Source of the DNA: Macrostomum lignano
Taxonomy: Eukaryota
NCBI GenBank assembly: GCA_002269645.1
Contig: NIVC01000783.1
Location: 1 to 29,553, forward strand
Length of the DNA: 29,553 bases
Direction of reading: 5' to 3'
The position numbers were made by a program, and so were the translations under genes. The notes below the pieces were generated by a model, which was not told where the DNA came from, made no database searches, and saw nothing but the letters and a program-made list of their open reading frames with translations. Below, piece by piece: positions 22,168 to 29,553 of the stretch. Every line of letters begins with the position of its first letter. The stretch's first letter is position 1.

Positions 22168-23331
22168 ATGGTGGTATTCACCTGCGAAGCCTGTAACGAA
22201 TCGTTAAAAAAGAACAAAGTCGAACAGCACCTCTATCGATGCAAACGAGCCCGTCACGTGACCTGCATCGACTGTCAAGTGGATTTCGATCGGGAATCGT
22301 TTAAATCGCACACTTCTTGCATCTCGGAGATGGAGAAATACTCCGGGCCTGGCTACGTTGCTAAGCCCTCGGCTAATAAAGGCGCTAAGAAGCAGGACGA
22401 CTGGTTCCAACGGGTGCAGTCAGCGATTGACAGCTGCCACCAGCAGCCCAATAGTCCTCTATCCCGCGTACTGTACAAAGTACGCGAATCGTCCAACGTG
22501 CCTAGAAAGCAGGCTAAATTTATTAATTTCTGCCGCAACAGCCTGCCCTGGGTTAATCAGGCTGTTATTCAGCAGGCCTGGGATTTGCTAACTGAAACTG
22601 CAGCCGCGTCTGCTCCAACGCAGAACTCCAACGAGGCTGATTCTAAGAAACGGTCAGCAGATGCTGAAGCCGCTGCAGATGACGACGAGAAACCCGCTCT
22701 CAAGAAGGCAAAGAAGAGCGAAGAGGAGTCGAGCTTTGTAAAGACTGACGTTGAAGAAGCGGAAGAACAGGCGCAATTGTCAAGCAAAAAGAATAAGAAA
22801 AAGAAAAAAAAGAAAGACAGAGAGATTAAAGAAGAACCCAACCAGATCGAAGCCATTGAAGCTGATGTAGCTTTGCCGGAAGCAGAAGTGGAAGAGAATC
22901 CCGAGAAAAAGCAGAAGAAAAAGAAGAAGAAAAGCAAGTTGGCGGATCCCAATCAGGAGAAGCTGTGCACTGAGAATGGCGAATTGCTCAACATCGACGA
23001 AACTCCGACAAAGAAAAAGAAGAAGTCAATGGAACAGACTGAGTCCAAAGATGCCGAACTGGCAGCAGCTGCTGCAGCCGCTGACGAAACTGCGGATTGC
23101 TTTGAAGCCAATGGCGATTCAAATGTAGAAAGGAAGAAAAGTAAAAAGAAAAAGAGAAAGTCCAGTCAGAATGGTATTGACAAACCAACAGCTGAGCAGC
23201 CAGATGAGCCTGTTGCTGTTGTTGCTGCTGCTGCGGAGCTATCAGAGAAAAAGAAAAAGAAAAAGAAAAAGAGAAAGCAGAACGAGGCTGAGGCTTCGAT
23301 GATGACGGCTTGTAGTGTCGTCTCAGTTTAA
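22168..23331 (+). CDS. LYAR: Cell growth-regulating nucleolar protein LYAR, single exon
   Basis: MVVFTCEACNESLKKNKVEQHLYRC...VTCIDCQVDF...FKSHTSCISEMEKY is the LYAR double C2HC zinc finger; also KQDDW and VPRKQAKFINF motifs and a poly-Lys tail. The real ATG is at 22168, not the GTG at 22093. Confidence 0.95.
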   Translation: MVVFTCEACNESLKKNKVEQHLYRCKRARHVTCIDCQVDFDRESFKSHTSCISEMEKYSGPGYVAKPSANKGAKKQDDWFQRVQSAIDSCHQQPNSPLSRVLYKVRESSNVPRKQAKFINFCRNSLPWVNQAVIQQAWDLLTETAAASAPTQNSNEADSKKRSADAEAAADDDEKPALKKAKKSEEESSFVKTDVEEAEEQAQLSSKKNKKKKKKKDREIKEEPNQIEAIEADVALPEAEVEENPEKKQKKKKKKSKLADPNQEKLCTENGELLNIDETPTKKKKKSMEQTESKDAELAAAAAAADETADCFEANGDSNVERKKSKKKKRKSSQNGIDKPTAEQPDEPVAVVAAAAELSEKKKKKKKKRKQNEAEASMMTACSVVSV

Positions 23332-23589
23332 TTAACGTTTGGGTTAGAAACTCCTTTCTATCTTTCGCGTCTGTCTTGAAGCATCCTGATAAAAGTGCAT
23401 CCGTATAATTCTAATTATAAAATAAATATATTTGACAACAGCATTCTACCGCAGCATTTACACTTTAATTGTTATGTTAATGCTTGGAGGAAACCTGTCA
23501 CTGAATTGCATTATAATTCTTTGCTTGATTGTAATCCAAAGGGAAATAGGAAAATTTGATTATGAGTTGATAAGCAGATCCTATTATCA

Positions 23590-24152
23590 AGTATTGAGAT
23601 CCCATTTTCAACCCCCCCCGCCCAATGAGATCCCCTTTTCAATTTCTAATGAGATCCCATTTTTAGCTCCCAATGAGATCCCATTTTCAGCTCTTAACCA
23701 GATCCCATTTTAATCCCCCCAATGAGATCCCATTTTTCAAATTTCAATGAGATCCCATTTCCAACTCCCAATGAGGTCCCATTTTTTAGCTCCTAATGAG
23801 ATCCCATTTTTCAAATTTCAATGAGATCCCATTTCCAACTCCCAATGAGGTCCCATTTTTTAGCTCCCAATGAGATCCCATTTTTCAAATTTCAATGAGA
23901 TCCCATTTCCAACTCCCAATGAGGTCCCATATTTTAGCTCCCAATGAGATCCCATTTTTCAAATTTCAATGAGATCCCATTTCCAACTCCCAATGAGGTC
24001 CCATTTTTTAGCTCCCAATGAGATCCCATTTTCAATTCCCAATGAGATCCCACTTTCAATTCCTAATGAGATCCCATATTCAACTCCAAATGAGATCCCA
24101 TATTCAACTCCAAATGAGATTAAATTTTCAACCTCTAATCAGATCCCATTTT
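23590..24152. repeat. Minisatellite, 24-25-bp unit with core AATGAGATCCCATT and a 74-bp trimeric higher-order repeat
   Basis: Unit starts at 23721, 23746, 23770, 23795, 23820; three variants recur in order. Confidence 0.95.
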
Positions 24153-24181
24153 AAGTCCTTCAACGCCGTCTGACTGCTTGC

Positions 24182-24793
24182 ATGCAACAGCAGGAGGACT
24201 CTAAGCAGCTGGTGCCGCAGCTGCGAGCTCGAATCGCTGCCCTCGAGTCGGAGCTGAAATCAGCCAAGCAAAAGTTAGAGGAACTGCGTCGCGCTAAATC
24301 TACAGTGTTGGTCAAGCGAGAACGCGAAGTACTGCAGGTTGGCTTGCCGTTTTCTGGTGGCGTAGGGGGCGCCTCGTCTTCCTCAACAACTACAGTTGCC
24401 AAGGTGACGCCGAAATCCATAACAGCTGCTCCGACGGTAGTTAATCCGACAGATAGCGGCGGCGAAGACAATGCTAACACCGACGATATTATAGCCGCTC
24501 TGAAAGCTCGAATAGATCAACTTGAAGACGAAAATACTGCTTTGCTTAGCAATCAAACCTACTTAGAGACGCTGCACAATGAACTATTAACTCAGTTGTC
24601 GGTTAAAGAGGCTCAATTAGTTGAAGCTCAGGAGCATTTCCAGCGTAAGGCTGAGGAAACATTCAGCGAGAAATACGCACAGTGGATGCAGGGAGTTGAG
24701 GCTAAAATGGCTGAGCTGAGCCACGACAATGCAGTGCTGCGAGCTCGGCTGGCTTCCGAAGGATCGGCGCCTGATGGAGCTTCGACAAGTTGA
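24182..24793 (+). CDS. Coiled-coil protein of unknown family (203 aa)
   Basis: Intact ORF with two heptad-patterned helices (LRARIAALESELKSAKQKLEELRR; LKARIDQLEDEN...) and a Ser/Thr linker. The frame is open back to an AG at 24155, so it could be a terminal exon. Confidence 0.75.
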   Translation: MQQQEDSKQLVPQLRARIAALESELKSAKQKLEELRRAKSTVLVKREREVLQVGLPFSGGVGGASSSSTTTVAKVTPKSITAAPTVVNPTDSGGEDNANTDDIIAALKARIDQLEDENTALLSNQTYLETLHNELLTQLSVKEAQLVEAQEHFQRKAEETFSEKYAQWMQGVEAKMAELSHDNAVLRARLASEGSAPDGASTS

Positions 24794-24939
24794 CGAGTTT
24801 TGCGCGCACTTGTTTCTCCTGTCGAAATTCTCTAATCGCCTTGTCAATCATAATAATCGTTTAAAGAAGTTCGAGAATCGCCAAAGGAATCATAAAAAAT
24901 CGTACTATTAAATCACCTCTTAAGAATGTCAAAAAAATC

Positions 24940-25562
24940 TTAAGATAGATGTAAATCGCCTCATTAATCTTTGAAATCGCCAAAAGAATCTTAAGGTGAT
25001 TGAGAATCGCCCTGATGAATCTTGAGATGATTGAGAATCGCCCTGATGAATATTGAGATGATTGAGAATCGCCCTGATGAATCTTGAGATGATTGAGAAT
25101 CGCCTCGTGAGTTGTGAAATGATTGAGAATCGCTATGATGAATCTTGAGATGATTGAAAATCGCCCTGATGAATCTTGAGATGATTGAGAATCGCCCTGA
25201 TGAATCTTGAGATGATTGAGAATCGCCATGATGAATCTTGAGATGATTGAGAATCGCCTCGTGAGTTGTGAAATGATTGAGAATCGCTATGATGAATCTT
25301 GAGATAATTGAAAATCGCCCTGATGAATCTTGAGATGATTGAGAATCGCCCTGATGAATCTTGAGATGATTGAGAATCGCCATGATGAATCTTGAGATGA
25401 TTGAGAATCGCCCTGATGAATCTTGAGATGATTGAGTATCGCCTCGTGAGTTGTGAAATGATTGAGAATCGCTATGATGAATCTTGAGATGATTGATAAT
25501 CGCTCTGATGAATCTTGAGATGATTGAGAATCGCCATGATGAATCTTGAGATGATTGAGATC
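24940..25562. repeat. Minisatellite, 31-bp unit GATTGAGAATCGCCCTGATGAATCTTGAGAT with a recurrent 30-bp variant
   Basis: About 19 copies, degenerate left edge. Confidence 0.95.
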
Positions 25563-26582
25563 TAAATGTAAATCTCTCATGTAAATCTCTCTGTTCTGGC
25601 TTGAGATCTTTTTCTATGAACCTAATTTTTTGTGTATTTTACAATTTTTTCGCTCGAATTATTTTAAAATAGCTTTGTCGTTATTTTTATTCTGTTTTGA
25701 ATAGTTTCCGTTTTTTAGCCAATGTATCGCTGTGATAATCGAATTTTTTTACGAGCGTAGTTTTAATTAAAATCCACTTTTATCTTGCAGGGGTCTAAAG
25801 GCCGAAACTGGCAATTTGTGTGTAGCTTTTTATAGATCGAAAGCGTTTTGCTGTAACTTGCTTGTAATAATTACGAATCTTCTGTGTGTCCCCTATTTTG
25901 GCAAACCTTGTTCTCCGGAGTTTTGTGTGTTAAATTGACCCGAGGGCCAACCCCCAAGGCACGTAATGTGTACATGACTGACGATTAAACAGTCACGGGC
26001 CGCTGTACACCCTGCAGTATTGTATGTGCTCGGCTGAGTCAGCAGAATGGGCAGGTTTGACATTCCAGATGCTTAGTTCCAGATCTCCTTGGCTAATGGG
26101 AGGCGCAGATGGCTTCTCATCGGTCGGGCTGAGACGGGTCCACAAGAGACGGGAGAGCCTTTTAATTAGGCTTCGTTAGGCTAAGGAAAAGTAAGATAGC
26201 TGTCTGTATTTTATTTCTGCTACTAAGGGAGAAAAAAGCGAGTTACCGGGCAATCTTGCTTAGTAATTACTTAAAAGAATCTGTGCCTGGTCTTTAGTAG
26301 AGAGAGGCACACAGAAAGGACGCTACAGCTGGTTTAATGTACTCGGAGTTGGTCAGACAGGCATTGGATAGCTGCCTAGAGGAAGTCATCTCATGTCAGT
26401 TTGTAAGTGCACTAGCGTGCCCATGCTTACTCTTATTCCTCTTGATACTTTGACTTGTTCTCTTTGGCTATTAATTAAATGTTGAGCTGAAATTTTTATA
26501 TAGACTTGGAAACAATGTTTGTTAATTTCTCATTTCAGCGGGTTAGCATCTGAGGTACAAATAAACTTAGCTGCCTAGATTT

Positions 26583-27412
26583 AATCTAGCACCTGACAAG
26601 CTACTTTAGCACCTGACAAGCTACTTTAGCACCTGACAAGCCACTTTAGCACCTGACAAGCCACTTTAGCACCTGACAAGCAACTTTAGCACCTGACAAG
26701 CCACTTTAGCACCTGACAAGTCACTTTAGCACCTGACAAGACACTTTAGCAACTGACAAGCCAGTTTAGCATCTGACAAGCCACTTGAGCATCTGACAAG
26801 CCACTATGGAACCTGACAAGCACATTTGCATCTGACAAGCCACTATAGAACCTGACAAGCAACTTTAGCACCTGACAAGCCACTTTAGCACCTGACAAGC
26901 CACTTTAGCGCCTGACAAGCCATTTTAGCACCTGACAAGCCACTTTAGCACCTGACAAGCCACTATAGAACCTGACAAGCAACTTTAGCACCTGACAAGC
27001 CACTATAGAACCTGACAAGTCACTTTAGCACCTGACAAGCCACTATAGAACCTGACAAGCAACTTTAGCACCTGACAAGCTACTTTAGCACCTGACAAGC
27101 CACTTTAGCACCTGACAGGCCACTTTAGCACCTGACAAGCTACTATAGAACCTGACAAGCTACTATAGAACCTGACAAGCAACTTTAGCACCTGACAAGC
27201 TACTTTAGCACCTGACAAGCTACTTTAGCACCTGACAAGCCACTTTAGCACCTGACAGGCCACTTTAGCACCTGACAAGCTACTATAGAACCTGACAAGC
27301 TACTATAGAACCTGACAAGCGACTTTAGCATCTGACAAGCCACTATAAAACCTGACAAGCAACTTTAGCACCTGACAAGCCACTCAAACACATCAAAAGC
27401 CATTTTAGCACC
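26583..27412. repeat. Minisatellite, 20-bp unit GCACCTGACAAGCCACTTTA
   Basis: About 41 copies. Confidence 0.97.
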
Positions 27413-27563
27413 TAAAAGACAACTTAGTGTTATCTTACGAGCTCAGTCGTTTAAAGCTAGACTTTTTGAGCAACGAAAATATTTCTAGTAAATTTCACAT
27501 TAACTTCATGCCACCAAATTCACTGGCACTACAAATGGTATTAGCGGTGCTTATTCACTACAG

Positions 27564-27896
27564 CCGCGGCGGCAAAGTGGTGCCCCTATATTGGCAAATC
27601 TTTATCGACTTAAGCGAGAGTGTCGGGCCCGCCGATTCAAGCGCTACGGCCTCGACTGCTGTAGCCGCCGGTGAAGTCGAAGTCGATGATGACGAATCGC
27701 GACACCAAGCCAACGACGATTCAGCGTCCAGCGCCACCGCCGCCGCCGGAGCCGATTCCGACAATTTCGGTGGCGGCGGTGGAAACGACGCAGCTAGTCG
27801 AATCGACACTGGTTCGGTTGTGTCGTTTGGCTCTCAGTCGACTGCCCTGAGCGCCGCAACCACCGGAGCTAGCACTGCCGCTGGACATATCGGCAG
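27564..27896 (+). CDS. Internal exon of an unidentified gene (RGGKVVPLYWQIFIDLSES, then an Ala/Ser/Asp-rich linker)
   Basis: Acceptor ctacAG at 27563, phase-2 donor AG|gtgaga at 27897; CpG-rich coding-like composition. Confidence 0.7.
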
Positions 27897-27979
27897 GTGA
27901 GAAGCGGTGTTGCTCGCGGTTTTAGGATAGAACTAGCGATCTTAAAGCGCCATGGCTCACAGGGAGAGATGGCGTCAAT

Positions 27980-28945
27980 GGCGGGTTGCTGAGATGCCAT
28001 GGCTTAATGGGGGGGGGTTGCTGAGTTGCCATGGCTTAAGGGGGTTGCTGAGATGCCATGGCTTAATGGGGAGTTGCTGAGATGCCATGGCTCGCAGGGG
28101 GAGTTGCTGAGATGCCATGGCTCACAGTGATAGTTGCTGAGATGCCATGGCTCACAGTGATAATTGCTGAGATGCCATGGCTTAAGGGGGGTTGCTGAGA
28201 TGCCATGGCTTAATGGGGAGTTGCTGAGATGCCATGGCTTAAGGGGGGTTGCTGAGATGCCATGGCTTAAGGGGGGTTGCTGAGATGCCATGGCTTAATG
28301 GGGAGTTGCTGAGATGCCATGGCTTAAGGGGGGGTTGCTGAGATGCCATGGCTTAACGGGGGGGGGTTGCTGAGATGCCATAGCTTAAGGGGGGTTGCTG
28401 AGATGCCATGGCTTAATGGGGAGTTGCTGAGATGCCATGGCTCGCAGGGGGAGTTGCTGAGATGCCATGGCTCACTGGGAGAGTTGCTGAGATGCCATGG
28501 CTCACAGTGATAATTGCTGAGATGCCATGGCTTAAGGGGGGTTGCTGAGATGCCATGGCTTAATGGGGAGTTGCTGAGATGCCATGGCTTAAGGGGGGTT
28601 GCTGAGATGCCATGGCTTAACGGGGGGGTTGCTGAGATGCCATGGCTTAAGGGGGGTTGCTGAGATGCCATGGCTTAAGGGGGTTGCTGAGATGCCATGG
28701 CTTAACGGGGGGGGGGTTGCTGAGATGCCATGGCTTAACGGGGGGGTTGCTGAGATGCCATGGCTTAACGGGGGGGGGGGTTGCTGAGATGCCATGGCTT
28801 AAGGGGGGTTGCTGAGATGCCATGGCTTAATGGAGGTTGCTGAGATGCCATGGCTCGCAGGGGGAGTTGCTGAGATGCCATGGCTCACAGGGGAGTTGCT
28901 GAGATGCCATGGCTCACAGGGGAGTTGCTGAGATGCCATGGCTAG
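27980..28945. repeat. Intronic minisatellite: constant core GTTGCTGAGATGCCATGGCT plus variable G-run linkers
   Basis: More than 30 copies between the donor at 27897 and the acceptor at 29045. Confidence 0.97.
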
Positions 28946-29045
28946 ATTTAGACTGACAGATACACTACTAACTAGCAGTAGACAGTTAGAAAGTACAGTC
29001 GCTCTAATTCCATAATCCCCTGCTTCCCCTCTCATATCCATCCAG

Positions 29046-29553
29046 ATCCTCAGCCAGTCGAATTCCTCGCCGCTGCCCGTTGCTGTCTCTGGCCAAACGT
29101 GTGGACGCCGAGTGGCAATTGGTTCGGGCTAGCCAAGCCTTGGCATCGGCCTCTGCAATCAGGGTGCCCAACACGCCGAAGCGGAAGATCTTCGCCGGCT
29201 AGAGCAGCAGATTCAATGCCAGATTTTTGTCGCGGTGTCTGCCCGGCAGTTGCCGGTATGAATAGGCGGCTTCCTAGAGAGTTGGAGACTGCAATGGCTG
29301 TATGGTTGGCTGCAGCCAGTCTGTGCCTGACTCTGGTCTGCTCTCCGGAGAGAATGTCTCCCTAGCTGGTCACTGTCTGCTGTCTCTAGCTAAGCGTCTG
29401 CACTCGCTAACTAGATTTCTGTTGCAGCCAATGCAGCTCATCTATAGAGCTGAGACAGTCCGTCTGACTGTTAATGGCGCCCTGACTGCTCACGGAGTTG
29501 CTCTGCCGTATTGTACATCGCGAGCTAATAAGGCTCGCGATCGATTGACCGAA
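29046..29553 (+). pseudogene. Next exon of the same unidentified gene, with three in-frame TAGs; runs off the window
   Basis: Acceptor catccAG at 29045 matches the phase of the 27896 donor. SSASRIPRRCPLLSLAKRVDAEWQLVRAS...KIFAG*SSRF...RYE*AAS*RVGDC...CLLSLAKRLHSLTRFLLQPMQLIYRAETVRLTVNG; TAGs at 29200, 29263, 29275. Confidence 0.55.

Noticed and set aside
24861-25580. AILNHLKIHQGDSQSS repeat ORFs
   Set aside because: Translations of the 31-bp array.
27980-28945. CRISPR-like pattern of constant repeat plus variable spacer
   Set aside because: Linkers are short, recurrent G-run variants rather than unique spacers; eukaryotic intron; no cas genes.

Overview
Eukaryotic, animal-like genomic DNA. 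GC-rich, Ala-rich exons, minisatellite-filled introns and tRNA-SINEs resemble a free-living flatworm such as Macrostomum; that is an inference from sequence style only. Left part (about 1.7-13.9 kb): AT-rich, almost CpG-free, TpA-rich transposon debris with a SINE, hAT-like MITEs, a palindrome and a decayed ORF. Right part (13.99-29.55 kb): a same-strand cluster of a 4-exon DNA polymerase lambda (BRCT + Pol X; two in-frame stops and a frameshift), an SLX9/FAM207A-like gene with no ATG at the expected start, LYAR, a coiled-coil gene and an unidentified multi-exon gene with in-frame TAGs. Most large introns and all spacers in the cluster hold their own minisatellite. The most unusual signal is directional CpA/TpG->TpA as well as CpG->TpA change, resembling fungal RIP. 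It shows between two SINE copies, between palindrome arms, and possibly as CAR->TAR stops in genes.
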